NCBI GenBank assembly: GCA_012839865.1
Contig: DUMO01000072.1
Location: forward strand, 1 to 64,000
Reading direction: 5' to 3'
Length of the DNA: 64,000 nucleotides
Origin: Clostridiaceae bacterium
Lineage (GTDB): Bacteria > Bacillota > Clostridia > CAYPLH01 > DUMO01
Part shown: piece after piece, positions 1 to 9,677 of the stretch
How the letters are laid out: the number at the start of each line of letters is the position of its first letter
How positions within the stretch are numbered: the stretch's first letter is position 1
The notes under the pieces: generated by a model
What the model saw: the letters and a program-made list of their open reading frames with translations, nothing else
Told to the model about the DNA's origin: nothing
Database searches by the model: none
Program-made: the position numbers and the translations under genes

Positions 1-3
1 AGT

Positions 4-120
4 TTCTGGTAACAATAACAGGAAGGCCACACCCGTTCCCATCCCGAACACGGCAGTTAAGCTTCCTCGTGCCGATGATACTTGGACGGTGACGTCCCGG
101 GAAAGTAGGTAGTTGCCAGA
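4..120 (+). rRNA. rrf: 5S ribosomal RNA (3' end of an rrn operon)
   Basis: About 117 nt with terminal helix TCTGGTAAC/GTTGCCAGA and conserved 5S motifs CCCATCCCGAACAC, GCCGATGATA and GGGAAAGTAGG; followed directly by a tRNA. Confidence 0.95.
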
Positions 121-127
121 TTTATAT

Positions 128-203
128 TCCTCAATAGCTCAGTCGGTAGAGCATGCGGCTGTTAACCGCAGGGTCGTTGGTTCGAGTCCAACTTGAGGAG
201 CCA
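128..203 (+). tRNA. tRNA-Asn (GTT)
   Basis: 76-nt cloverleaf: acceptor TCCTCAA/TTGAGGA, D loop AGTCGGTAGAGC, anticodon arm GCGGCT-GTT-AACCGC, T loop GGTTCGAGTCC, encoded CCA end. Confidence 0.97.
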
Positions 204-204
204 T

Positions 205-241
205 AAAAAAAGAATCTGTTGATGAAACAGGTTCTTTTTTT
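205..241 (+). terminator. Intrinsic terminator of the rrn/tRNA transcript
   Basis: AAAAAAGAATCTGTT-gatg-AAACAGGTTCTTTTTTT hairpin with T tract immediately after the CCA. Confidence 0.8.
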
Positions 242-248
242 ATTTCAA

Positions 249-578
249 GGTAACCAGAGGAAGGCACCAGAGGGACGGTTCTCCTGGTCCTTAATAGACA
301 GGAAGGGACAGGTAAAAGGAACCAGAGGGATGGTTTTCTTGGTCCGGATGGTTTTCTTGGTCCCTAATAGACAAGGAATGACTAGGTGTGAGGTTACAAG
401 ACAAAAGTTGACCAGGTGTAAGGTTCCAGACTAATAAAAAAGGCGGTTCTTTTTGGCCGACTTACTGCCGGCTGAAAAAACCGTCCTTTTTTTAACCGGA
501 AGGTGGTATTTAAAGCCTCCTCCTGGTTTTTATTTAATTTTTTCATATGGGTAACCGGAAGAACCGTCCCCTGGTTAC
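249..578. repeat. Cluster of REP-like GGGGACGGTTCT / AGAACCGTCCCC palindromic repeats
   Basis: Core at 271-282 (+) and 560-571 (-), with degenerate GGATGGTTTTCTTGGTCC tandem copies between; the same core recurs near 39012, 47542-47612 and 53501-53730. Confidence 0.7.
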
Positions 579-3500
579 TGCATTATTTTTGGATCTACGA
601 TAATTAATTCAGCAGTGAAATTACCCACATATTCTTCAGTAGGAACATACAATACCTGTTCTCCCAATTTATTGGTTATAAGCATTTCTACGATATCAAA
701 ACGTACAACATGCTTCTTGTTAATGTCGTAATTGACCTTGTTCTTTGTAGGAATTGCCTTTAAAGTATAGTCTATTTTTAAAGTATCACCTGCAAGGAAT
801 TCTCCCGGAATTGCTATTATGTTATATGGATAATCCATTTTCGGGATTGATATAGGCACATCATTTTTAGTCACCACTGTTTTTGTAGGCTCAATGAATA
901 CATCAAACTGGTCGGTGGGCTCAAAATCATTGTCAGGATCCCTCAGGAAAAGATCCAGCTTGATTACAGGGTTTAATATTGTAAAGTTGGGTGAAAGAGA
1001 AATCTCAATAGGTATATAATCTCCAGCAAGGAATTTTATCTGATCCAGATATTCAGGATCTTCGCCTCCGGATTCGCCACTGCCCAGGTTTACGGTAACT
1101 GTTTTAACCTTGAAATCAAAAGCAAGCAGCATATCTATAGGAGGCAACTCGTCAATGGGTATGGTTATTGTATTATCTGACGGTGTGGAAATTGCTTGTG
1201 TCCACTCCAACTGCTCCAGAAATTCATAATCTATTGAATCATCAAAAGTGATGGTGCTGGTGCCGACAACATTAATATTTGCAGCTACAGCTATTCCCTT
1301 TATTTTTCCGCTTCCAAGAACAGACAAGGTGCCATTTGGAACATATACTACCCCTACGGTAGCATAAGCTGCACCGGATACTTCCACCAGGCCGCTCCCT
1401 GAAATGATATGGCCGATAAAATTGTTGGAGCCGCTTAAAGTAAGCCCCGCCTGCTTGAAGTATATAGAGCCGTAAAATTTGGTTGTACCGATAATGGTGA
1501 CGGAATTATCGCCACTATAGTACAAATTGACTCTATTATAATCGCCATTGTTATTAATGGTGCTGCTGCCGGTAAGGTTGAAAAGATTATCAACATATAA
1601 AATCAGTTTGCCGTTTTGACCTGCGTTTTTCAAAACAATGTGGCCTTGCTGAATATTCAGATTCTTAACGCGGATAATTCGGGTGCCATAATTCAGGTTG
1701 ATGGTCAAGGTTCTGCCAGCGAAAACCGATATAGTATCATAATAACCGTCAGAGTCTATTAAGTAATACTCACCTGCTACCCAATCGGTTGAAAAATTAC
1801 CCCTGTAAGGCAAATCACCGGGAAACTCCGGATATTTGGGCAACGGGTATTCTTGGATTTTATCAAGATTTCCAATTGAACCGCTTACATTATCCAATGG
1901 GTTGTCGCGGTAAACTTTTAATATTTCGGACCAGTCGCCCTGGGGGCCTACCAGCAGGTTGCCGTCTATTTTCGTTGACCAGCCTAAATCTATACTGCCC
2001 GGAGTAGTTGAGTTTGTTCCTGTATCTCCAATTATTTTTGAGCTGCCGGTGAGTGTAATACTGTCCATGGCAAATATCATATCAAGGGAAGGGGGATTGT
2101 TGGAAGCACCGTACAGTGGGAAGTAGAGTTCCGTTCCTCCGCTTTCAAATATCCCGCTTAAGGCAGTTATTACATAATGGTAGGTTTTGCCTTCTTCCAC
2201 CTGCTTATCATCATATGATAAACTGCGGATGTTTTCCGCAATTAATTCATAATCTGAAAGAGAGCTTGTCCTCTGCAGAGGGTCTGTGATTGTCAGCCTG
2301 TATACATTATAACCGGTAACCGGGGTAATCCCCGAAGGCGCTTCCCATGCAACATTTACATACGGTTTGTTTTCCGGGTCCCGCATGAGAGTCAGCACTG
2401 GCTTTGATGGAGCATCCGGAACTGACAGTATAGGCCCGGGAATTGTTATAATGTTATCTGATGGTGATGACTGCACAGAGCCCCAGTCGAATTGGTTCAA
2501 AACGCTTTGAGTGGAACTTTCATATGTAATGCTTGCGTTACCTGCGAGGGACAATTCTTTTGAAACAACTGTGCCAAATAGATTAAAATTACCGGAGAAA
2601 TCCAAATGAGCATTTGGCGCATAAATGATACTGATCCGGGCATCTGCATTTCCACTGCTCTTAATTGATGTCCCGCTTGTAATAATGCATCCATTAATTG
2701 TATTGTTGCCGCTCAGCTGAATATCCGAATTTTCCGCATATAAAGTACCGGACAGTACGGAATTTCCCGCCAGTTTGATTTCATCATTTCCGGCATAGTA
2801 TATGGTTAGTTTTTCCGGATTGCCATTGTTGTTTATTTCTCCGTCTATATTCAATGAGTCTTCTACATAAATCAACACTTTGCCGGTTTGATTTGTTTCC
2901 AGCACCAAACTGCCCTTAATATCAAGCTCACCTACACGTATTATCCTGGTTTCATTATTTGATTGAATAATCAATGTTTCGCAATTTCCAACTGAAATTG
3001 TATCAAAATAACCATCTTTGCTGATAGTGCGTGTGCTGCCAAAAAACCCCCGCTTTATTTCACCTTGCGGCAAGCTGCCGGGGAAAGCAGGGAAGTCGGG
3101 CAGCGGATAATTCCTGACAGAAGGAAGGTTATAGATGTTGCCGGTTATATTGTTGGAATTCCAGTTGGCTTCCGGGCCATAATAAAAGTCGCCGATAATC
3201 CGGCTGTTTTCGTTGTTGAAAGAAACGCTGTCTTTCTCATTTGAATTTGTCCCTGCCGTACCCTGTATAAATGAATTTCCATTCAGTGATATGCTGTCGG
3301 TTGCAAAAACCATGTCGACAGGGGGAACATCAGCGCTGCCGGAATTATAAAGCCCGCTTCCTTCACTTTCCAATGCACCATATAGTGCAGTTACAACATA
3401 GTGATATGTACAGCCGTATTCGGCTCCCAGGTCATCATAATAGAGATTCTTTATATTCTCCTGGATTTTTTCATAGTCATCCAGGGAAAGGGTGACCTGC

Positions 3501-3742
3501 TGCGGGTTTTCAATTTTAACCCTGTATATGTTGTAACCGTCTGTAGATTGACCGCCTTCCGGAGCCTCCCATGTTAGTCTTACATATGGCTTGTTTTGCT
3601 CATCATATCTCAAAGACAGATCAAGCGCAGAAGGCGAGGGAAGGGCAGATTCAGCCAAAAGTATTTTCGCGGGCGTGAAGCAGAACAGTGATGCAAACAT
3701 AACGATAATCAAGGAAAAAACAATTAATCTTTTAATTGACAT
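575..3742 (-). CDS. Large secreted protein with two tandem [Fn3-like + Gly/Asn/Ser-rich beta-helix-like] modules; putative pilus-associated adhesin
   Basis: Start moved to ATG 3742 (RBS AAGGAG). Signal-peptide-like N-terminus MSIKRLIVFSLIIVMFASLFC; Fn3 motifs (LTWEAP..DGYNIYR..YHYVVTA) occur twice; internal duplication visible at protein level; last gene of the pil locus. Confidence 0.75.
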   Translation of the reverse strand: MSIKRLIVFSLIIVMFASLFCFTPAKILLAESALPSPSALDLSLRYDEQNKPYVRLTWEAPEGGQSTDGYNIYRVKIENPQQVTLSLDDYEKIQENIKNLYYDDLGAEYGCTYHYVVTALYGALESEGSGLYNSGSADVPPVDMVFATDSISLNGNSFIQGTAGTNSNEKDSVSFNNENSRIIGDFYYGPEANWNSNNITGNIYNLPSVRNYPLPDFPAFPGSLPQGEIKRGFFGSTRTISKDGYFDTISVGNCETLIIQSNNETRIIRVGELDIKGSLVLETNQTGKVLIYVEDSLNIDGEINNNGNPEKLTIYYAGNDEIKLAGNSVLSGTLYAENSDIQLSGNNTINGCIITSGTSIKSSGNADARISIIYAPNAHLDFSGNFNLFGTVVSKELSLAGNASITYESSTQSVLNQFDWGSVQSSPSDNIITIPGPILSVPDAPSKPVLTLMRDPENKPYVNVAWEAPSGITPVTGYNVYRLTITDPLQRTSSLSDYELIAENIRSLSYDDKQVEEGKTYHYVITALSGIFESGGTELYFPLYGASNNPPSLDMIFAMDSITLTGSSKIIGDTGTNSTTPGSIDLGWSTKIDGNLLVGPQGDWSEILKVYRDNPLDNVSGSIGNLDKIQEYPLPKYPEFPGDLPYRGNFSTDWVAGEYYLIDSDGYYDTISVFAGRTLTINLNYGTRIIRVKNLNIQQGHIVLKNAGQNGKLILYVDNLFNLTGSSTINNNGDYNRVNLYYSGDNSVTIIGTTKFYGSIYFKQAGLTLSGSNNFIGHIISGSGLVEVSGAAYATVGVVYVPNGTLSVLGSGKIKGIAVAANINVVGTSTITFDDSIDYEFLEQLEWTQAISTPSDNTITIPIDELPPIDMLLAFDFKVKTVTVNLGSGESGGEDPEYLDQIKFLAGDYIPIEISLSPNFTILNPVIKLDLFLRDPDNDFEPTDQFDVFIEPTKTVVTKNDVPISIPKMDYPYNIIAIPGEFLAGDTLKIDYTLKAIPTKNKVNYDINKKHVVRFDIVEMLITNKLGEQVLYVPTEEYVGNFTAELIIVDPKIMQ

Positions 3743-3873
3743 AGGACATTCTCCTTCACTAAACAATTAATCCACAAAATCAATTTATATCAATAAACAT
3801 AATACAGTGTGCATTACGTATTATTAAATGTCTGAAAAAGTAAAATTTTATCAATTTATATTATAATACTTAT

Positions 3874-6222
3874 TTATTCAACTTTCCACTCACTAATTGA
3901 AATATTTTTAGTTAAAATTCTTTGAGTTTCAACAGGCTTATCGTCTACAGCGACATACCTGTAAAGCCTGAATAACAGTCTTGTTTCAATGCTGTCATAA
4001 AGCAGCCGCTTGATAGTATATTCATCATAATCGATTTTCGTAGAAACAGCAGAATCACCGTAGCATATGAGGCTCCCCCGGGCCAGAATGGAACCTTTGA
4101 AACTAAATCCGTTTCTTATGTAAACGTTACCTGTGGCAAATATGATACCGCTGTCGGGCACCGGATTGCCATCAATTGTCCAGGATGAGCTTCCACTGTC
4201 ATAATCTATATGTATATCGCCGGTTTTATAGTAAATTATCCTTCCGTCCACTATCTTGTTTATATTGCCAAACCCGGTATCAATATATTCACTTAAGGAT
4301 CTGGTATTGGTTACATAATCAAGTTTTATATTCATGGCATCAAACCCGGGACTGTCCTGGTCATACTGAGCGCTTAAAAGACTTCGGATTTTATTGTAAA
4401 ATTTGATTTTCACACTTCTTTGGATATTTCTGAATTCACCTTCGCTCATATACTCGCCCGAACCGTTTGCATACACTTCAAAGGGGTGGAAAATACCTCC
4501 GTTTGCCACTATAGCTCCGTTAAGAAAGCCAAATATTTTGTTTGAGTCTGAATCTTCAGTGGATATCACTATCCTGTTTGTATCCAGCGGGTAATAGGGA
4601 TCGGAATCCCACATGTTTTGCCAATAGCCTTTTATATGCAATCCCCTGTCCTTTTTGCTTAAAAGTACTCCGCTTTTTTTGTCAAGAAGATCATATGGCA
4701 AACCGGATGTAACATTGATATATGGCTGAAAATCCTCATCATTGGCCAAAACTCCCCAGGCTTCATCACCATAGCCGTATCTTAGGAAGCCTGCAGTCTT
4801 TTTAAAGGCGTCAATAAGGTTCCAGCTTGTGGGAGAAGCTGAAAGCCCGAGCATGTAAGGATTATTGTTGTATTGATCCCTATAGGTTTCAAGGAAGGCG
4901 GTTCCTCCTATATATATACCTCCTGAGTTGGTCCCGTTCAGGTAAAGCTGAGAGTGCCCGCTGACCACAATACTGCTTGAACGTTTGTAATCATAGGTTT
5001 CGTATAATTCCGGGTCCACGGTGCCGTCAATATCGTAATCTGCTGTTACAAAGCCATAATACTTGCCGTTTACAGCAACTTCCGAATTGTCCGAGTCAAT
5101 CTGAAGGTTGTCCATAACATAGGCATCGCCGCCCAAATATATCTTTGAATAAAAGGCGCTTTGCTCTGACCGGACGGAGCGGGCAAAGGAGTCTGAAGTA
5201 ATTGTAATGGTTGAATAATCATCCATACCGTTTCCGTACATTGTGTGTATATAGGACATGGTTGCAGCGCTTCCGTTTATAAAAATATGCCCTGTTTTAC
5301 CGGTACCTGTCCGGCTGATAATGTCGCTGGTAAAGACATTGTAATCAATATCCTCCGCAAAAGGAATACCTGCTACTATACCGCCATATTTATTCCACTC
5401 AGCCAAAAGATCCTCTTTTTGAGGATTTGAAAGGTTTCTGGGAATTGTGCCGAATGCAAGGACGTCACCGGTTATGTTCAATGACCCGTCGGCAACAATC
5501 AGATCCTTTTCAAGCAAAACAGCCTTTTTTAATATCTCAGGTATATTTATATTTTTAATTTTTATTTTTGGCACCGGTGTATAATGCTCACTGGTGGACA
5601 CTGGTAAAAGGTTGAAAGTCACGCGGTATGTTTTGGAAGTATATCCTTTATATGAACCTTTTATTGCTATGCCAAGCAAAGCATCCGGATAGGTTCCCGA
5701 CAGTCCTGCCGAAATCAAATTAACCGTTCCGGTTTCTTCTTCGGCAGGTATATCCATGCTGAATTGGGATTCGTCCAGCCCGAAGAGCAACCCTCTTTTG
5801 TTGTTGATATCACTAAAGGTCTCATAAACCTTTAATATAAATTTTTCACCATATAAACGGTTGAATTCATCGTTGATTTTTGCATAATCCACCGAACCCT
5901 CCGGTGTAAGAAAACCACCGTTTATCAAGGCTTCTTCATTTTCCAGGAGGGAGTATATTTCAAGGACGGTTTCTTCCCTGGCTTTTTCCTGAATATCCAA
6001 AGTTATATTATCCAGGACACCGGCAACCAACTCGATCCCCGACTCGGCAATAAATCCTGCTTTTTGTACATCCCTGGATAGCATGCTTATTTTAAGGTTG
6101 CTCATAGTCATAAGTATAAAAGCAATGCTTAAAGTACTTAACAGAAATGTTATAAGAAGCACCATAACGAGGGAGGAACCTTTATTTGATTTTAAGTTCA
6201 GTTTTTCTTTTACAATAAACAT
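3874..6222 (-). CDS. PilX-like N-terminal domain protein, 782 aa (large minor pilin or adhesin)
   Basis: N-terminus KSNKG-SSLVMVLLITFLLSTLSIAF...AGFIAESGIE is the PilX pattern (Gly cleavage site, no Glu5, A..AESG motif); lies within the pil locus. Confidence 0.75.
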   Translation of the reverse strand: MFIVKEKLNLKSNKGSSLVMVLLITFLLSTLSIAFILMTMSNLKISMLSRDVQKAGFIAESGIELVAGVLDNITLDIQEKAREETVLEIYSLLENEEALINGGFLTPEGSVDYAKINDEFNRLYGEKFILKVYETFSDINNKRGLLFGLDESQFSMDIPAEEETGTVNLISAGLSGTYPDALLGIAIKGSYKGYTSKTYRVTFNLLPVSTSEHYTPVPKIKIKNINIPEILKKAVLLEKDLIVADGSLNITGDVLAFGTIPRNLSNPQKEDLLAEWNKYGGIVAGIPFAEDIDYNVFTSDIISRTGTGKTGHIFINGSAATMSYIHTMYGNGMDDYSTITITSDSFARSVRSEQSAFYSKIYLGGDAYVMDNLQIDSDNSEVAVNGKYYGFVTADYDIDGTVDPELYETYDYKRSSSIVVSGHSQLYLNGTNSGGIYIGGTAFLETYRDQYNNNPYMLGLSASPTSWNLIDAFKKTAGFLRYGYGDEAWGVLANDEDFQPYINVTSGLPYDLLDKKSGVLLSKKDRGLHIKGYWQNMWDSDPYYPLDTNRIVISTEDSDSNKIFGFLNGAIVANGGIFHPFEVYANGSGEYMSEGEFRNIQRSVKIKFYNKIRSLLSAQYDQDSPGFDAMNIKLDYVTNTRSLSEYIDTGFGNINKIVDGRIIYYKTGDIHIDYDSGSSSWTIDGNPVPDSGIIFATGNVYIRNGFSFKGSILARGSLICYGDSAVSTKIDYDEYTIKRLLYDSIETRLLFRLYRYVAVDDKPVETQRILTKNISISEWKVE

Positions 6223-6339
6223 ATTGTTTCACCCTGATTTTATCAAACACTTGCCGGATAGTAAAATATGCCGCCTGATGAGAAGTTGCCGCCTGTAATT
6301 TGTAGAATGAAAAAGCGCTTGGCTATTACCGTGATTGCC

Positions 6340-7218
6340 CTACTTTTTTATCATGGAAGCAATGGTATTCAGGATGCCTTCGTCCTTGTGTTTAACCCTA
6401 ACGCCAATACTGTAAATCCTGCTGGCTAATTCAGATACGGCTTGATCAACGCTTTTGCTTCTGAAGATGTTAAAATCGTTGCCTGATGCTGAAAGTACAA
6501 GTTTATAGAAGATGTCATCCACTATGTAAATATTAATTGGCAATTCTATTTCTTCATCTGCAGCAATATCAATCACAAAATTTTCACCGGTACTTTCGGG
6601 ACCAATAAACATTATTCCAATATCAATGCTGCCGGAAGACGGAACAAATGAAACATCTGCTTCACCGTTAAAACTATACGCATACAGAGCACCGTTTTTC
6701 AAAACAGACAGAGTATATGATATGGCGCCGCCTCCGCTGCTCAAGGGATAGTTTGTGGAACTTAAGGTTACAGAGTCGGAACCTGCATAAAAACAAATTT
6801 CATAATCCGAATCTGCCGGTAAAGCAAAATTACTCATACTGTGATTTATAATTATTTCATCAATCTTGTATTCAATTGTGTAGCCATCGATATCCGGATC
6901 TATGGTCCAGGGAACTTCACTGGTTGTTGATGTAAATACCGTCCAATCGGGCATATCCGTTAGCCTTGAGGGATCGGCTTTGATTTCCTCCATAGCCCTG
7001 TGTGCTATATTGGATGCCACCAGTATTCTTTCAGACTTTACATTGTTGCTTGTGGAAGTCAGAAAGGAAGCAAGAAAAGGCATGGCCACCACTGACAATA
7101 TTGCTATGGAAACCAAAAGCTCAACCAGGGTTACTCCCTTATTGGAATGCAGAAACCTGGTTTTATGTATTTTATTCATGCCATATACAGCCTTTTTCCT
7201 GCAACCGGCATCCGTCAT
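6340..7218 (-). CDS. Minor prepilin (PilV-like, type IV N-terminal methylation motif)
   Basis: SNKG-VTLVELLVSIAILSVVA class III signal with Glu5; start uncertain (7218 has an upstream AAGGGG; ORF track gives 7248). Confidence 0.8.
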   Translation of the reverse strand: MTDAGCRKKAVYGMNKIHKTRFLHSNKGVTLVELLVSIAILSVVAMPFLASFLTSTSNNVKSERILVASNIAHRAMEEIKADPSRLTDMPDWTVFTSTTSEVPWTIDPDIDGYTIEYKIDEIIINHSMSNFALPADSDYEICFYAGSDSVTLSSTNYPLSSGGGAISYTLSVLKNGALYAYSFNGEADVSFVPSSGSIDIGIMFIGPESTGENFVIDIAADEEIELPINIYIVDDIFYKLVLSASGNDFNIFRSKSVDQAVSELASRIYSIGVRVKHKDEGILNTIASMIKK

Positions 7219-7244
7219 TTTGACAAAGCCCCTTTTATGTATTA

Positions 7245-8540
7245 TCAATCATTATAATTAATTTCAACAGATTCTGATAAATCGCCAAATTTTATTCTGG
7301 AATTTGCTTTATCGTCATTTCTTATATCCACAATAAACTTCCTGCCGGTATTATTTATAATACTTATAATTACCCCGCTTGTGTCCTCCTGAAACTTTCT
7401 GGGAGTGGATTCTATCATCATTTTTATTTCATCGGCTCTTGGCAAAAATTCTACAGTATTTTTAAATTGAGAGTCCGGGAATGAATCATGTTCTGTTCTG
7501 AAGCGGGCAAGAAAACGTCCTTCGGACTCCTCAACAACTATTTCAACTTTTTCGAAATCCTTGTTGTCACCGTAAACAACCGGAATCAGATATTTGCTTG
7601 ATTCATACACCATCCCCTTTAAAGCCAGGGATACCGTAGGTGGTGCCAAATTGTTGCTGAAGGGGTTGACAGACATTATAAAATTGTAGGTGCTCAATTC
7701 ATCAAGCAATTCTTGAGGGTCTGTTTCTTCCAGCCCTTCACCGGTGCTTTCATGTAAGACCTCGCTGCCGGCCAGTTCTTCAAATCCGGCAAATATATTG
7801 GTCCTGTCTCCACTCTCAACCGGTTCCCAAAGGTTTTCTTCAAGTATTGTGGCATCCTTTGCCGTTCTGTCCATGATCCCGTAAAAGTCCAGGGAAAAGT
7901 TCACAGACAACGTGCCATCTGGAGAGTTGTTCATTGAAATTTTGTTTATACCAACCTTGATACTAAGTTTCCCAAGATTATTGAAGAAATTTTTAATTGC
8001 AGCGTTGGTTGCCCGTGCACTAATATCCAATGAAAGTTTGAAAGCTTTTCCGTTAGATATTTTGGTAACTCTACCGCTTTCATCGGTTTCTTCACCAAGA
8101 CCCAGTTCTTCAAGGGTTTGCTGCAGCTTTTCATTTCTTATGGCCGTTGCTATGTTTATATTTGTTTGGGACTTGGAGGATTGAGAGGTATTTTCTACAA
8201 TTTCAGGCTCCCTGAAGGAAATGTTTTGTATGTTTACCTTTGAATTTTGTGAAAGTTCACGAAGCAGGATGATTATTTCATCATAATGCAAGGCAGCCGG
8301 AAATTCCGCCCTCAAGTCCTTGAACTTCTGGTTCAGAATCTTGATCTCGGTATCCATACCTTCAACTTTTTGCCTATAGCTTTCATTGAGCTCCAGCCTT
8401 AAGGTATTCTGCTCTATTATGGATTTTAATTCATTAATCGAGTCAAGCTGGGGAACCAGAAACCAGTTTACATAAGCGACTACTGCAATAATCAGTACAA
8501 GAATTGAAATGAGTATCTTTTCTCTTCTGCTGAGACTCAT
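7245..8540 (-). CDS. pilO: Type IV pilus alignment protein PilO with long C-terminal extension
   Basis: MSLSRREKILISILVLII single TM, coiled coil, then ferredoxin-like PilO segment (ATNAAIKNFFNNL); directly follows pilN. Confidence 0.75.
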   Translation of the reverse strand: MSLSRREKILISILVLIIAVVAYVNWFLVPQLDSINELKSIIEQNTLRLELNESYRQKVEGMDTEIKILNQKFKDLRAEFPAALHYDEIIILLRELSQNSKVNIQNISFREPEIVENTSQSSKSQTNINIATAIRNEKLQQTLEELGLGEETDESGRVTKISNGKAFKLSLDISARATNAAIKNFFNNLGKLSIKVGINKISMNNSPDGTLSVNFSLDFYGIMDRTAKDATILEENLWEPVESGDRTNIFAGFEELAGSEVLHESTGEGLEETDPQELLDELSTYNFIMSVNPFSNNLAPPTVSLALKGMVYESSKYLIPVVYGDNKDFEKVEIVVEESEGRFLARFRTEHDSFPDSQFKNTVEFLPRADEIKMMIESTPRKFQEDTSGVIISIINNTGRKFIVDIRNDDKANSRIKFGDLSESVEINYND

Positions 8541-8544
8541 ATAT

Positions 8545-9129
8545 TTATTCCCCGCCTTCTATTAAAATACTCATGTTAAAGCCGTATTTTACATCTGAAG
8601 GACTGCCTGTCTGACTGCCGATGATTTCTTCACCGCTTTTTAAAAGGGAATGCAGCACTACATCGTCGAAGTATCCGTCAGTCCTGAGATTTCTTATGAA
8701 GGTTGCCACAGACTCCTGGGAGGAAGCTATCCCGTTCAATGATATTCTGATGGAACTGTTTTCGCCTTGTGTAGAAGACATGGAGACAATCGTCATGTTT
8801 TCCGGCATGGCCTTCTCAAGCTTGTCCATGACAAGCAAAAATTCAATGCCATTTTTACGCAATTTATTTCCTGTTTCCATTCGCTGCTGATAAAGCTCTT
8901 TAATTAGGTTAAACTGGTTCTGCACCTCTATATAATTGCTGCTGGCCTTTATTTGAGTTAGTATTGTCTCGCTCCTTAAAGCAAGCGAATATTTTACCAG
9001 CAGGGGATAGGCAATGGACGCAAAAAGCAAGGTAAGCCCTATAACAGCTATTAGAGTAATCTTGTATCTTTTCGCCTTGTTTTGTCTTTCCTGCAGGTAA
9101 TATTTCGGTAACAGATTAATATCCTTCAT
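8545..9129 (-). CDS. pilN: Type IV pilus assembly protein PilN
   Basis: MKDINLLP N-terminal INLLP motif that binds PilM, one TM helix, PilN domain (ISLNGIASSQESVATFIRNL). Confidence 0.9.
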   Translation of the reverse strand: MKDINLLPKYYLQERQNKAKRYKITLIAVIGLTLLFASIAYPLLVKYSLALRSETILTQIKASSNYIEVQNQFNLIKELYQQRMETGNKLRKNGIEFLLVMDKLEKAMPENMTIVSMSSTQGENSSIRISLNGIASSQESVATFIRNLRTDGYFDDVVLHSLLKSGEEIIGSQTGSPSDVKYGFNMSILIEGGE

Positions 9130-9195
9130 GCTATTCCCCTTTATATATGTGCGATAAAATCAAACCAAACAACAGGTGCATGTGCACAATTACTG

Positions 9196-9663
9196 CTAAT
9201 TCGTCTTTATTCTATAAGCATTTTTCAAATTAATTTTCCGGCCCCTGCCTTTTTGGGTTTCTATTTCAATTTCAACCAGCGGGTCGGCAAGGGAACTTGT
9301 AATTTTAACTTTAAAATCCTTAACATCGGTGCATATAATAATTTCGGATAATTCCGAAGGATTTTTCTTTTTTATTTCGTTTCCATCCATTTCATATACC
9401 AGGCTGCCCGGTACGATTACCAGTTCACCTTCCGGGCTGATTTGAATATTGCCGCTGTTGTGCCGGGCCAGGTCGGTAAGTATTGTTTCCATGGCATAAC
9501 GGGCTTGTTCCTGGGCTTTTACCGTATCCTCTTCGATGAAAAAGTTTTTATATGAGGAAGTGAACAAAAGGGACACTGGAGTCATAACTACAATTAAAAT
9601 AGTTACGGTAACCATCAATTCAGTTAATGAAATTCCTTTATTGCTCCGTAAATTAATTCTCAA
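9196..9663 (-). CDS. Minor prepilin (type IV N-terminal methylation motif)
   Basis: RSNKG-ISLTELMVTVTILIVV with Glu5; start moved to TTG 9663, just after the pilM stop, with a purine-rich RBS. Confidence 0.8.
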   Translation of the reverse strand: MRINLRSNKGISLTELMVTVTILIVVMTPVSLLFTSSYKNFFIEEDTVKAQEQARYAMETILTDLARHNSGNIQISPEGELVIVPGSLVYEMDGNEIKKKNPSELSEIIICTDVKDFKVKITSSLADPLVEIEIETQKGRGRKINLKNAYRIKTN

Positions 9664-9677
9664 AGGCCATCCCTTCC

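Noticed and set aside
219..434. 71-aa ORF after tRNA-Asn
   Set aside because: Overlaps the terminator and REP-like repeats; no RBS; the repetitive translation reflects the DNA repeats.
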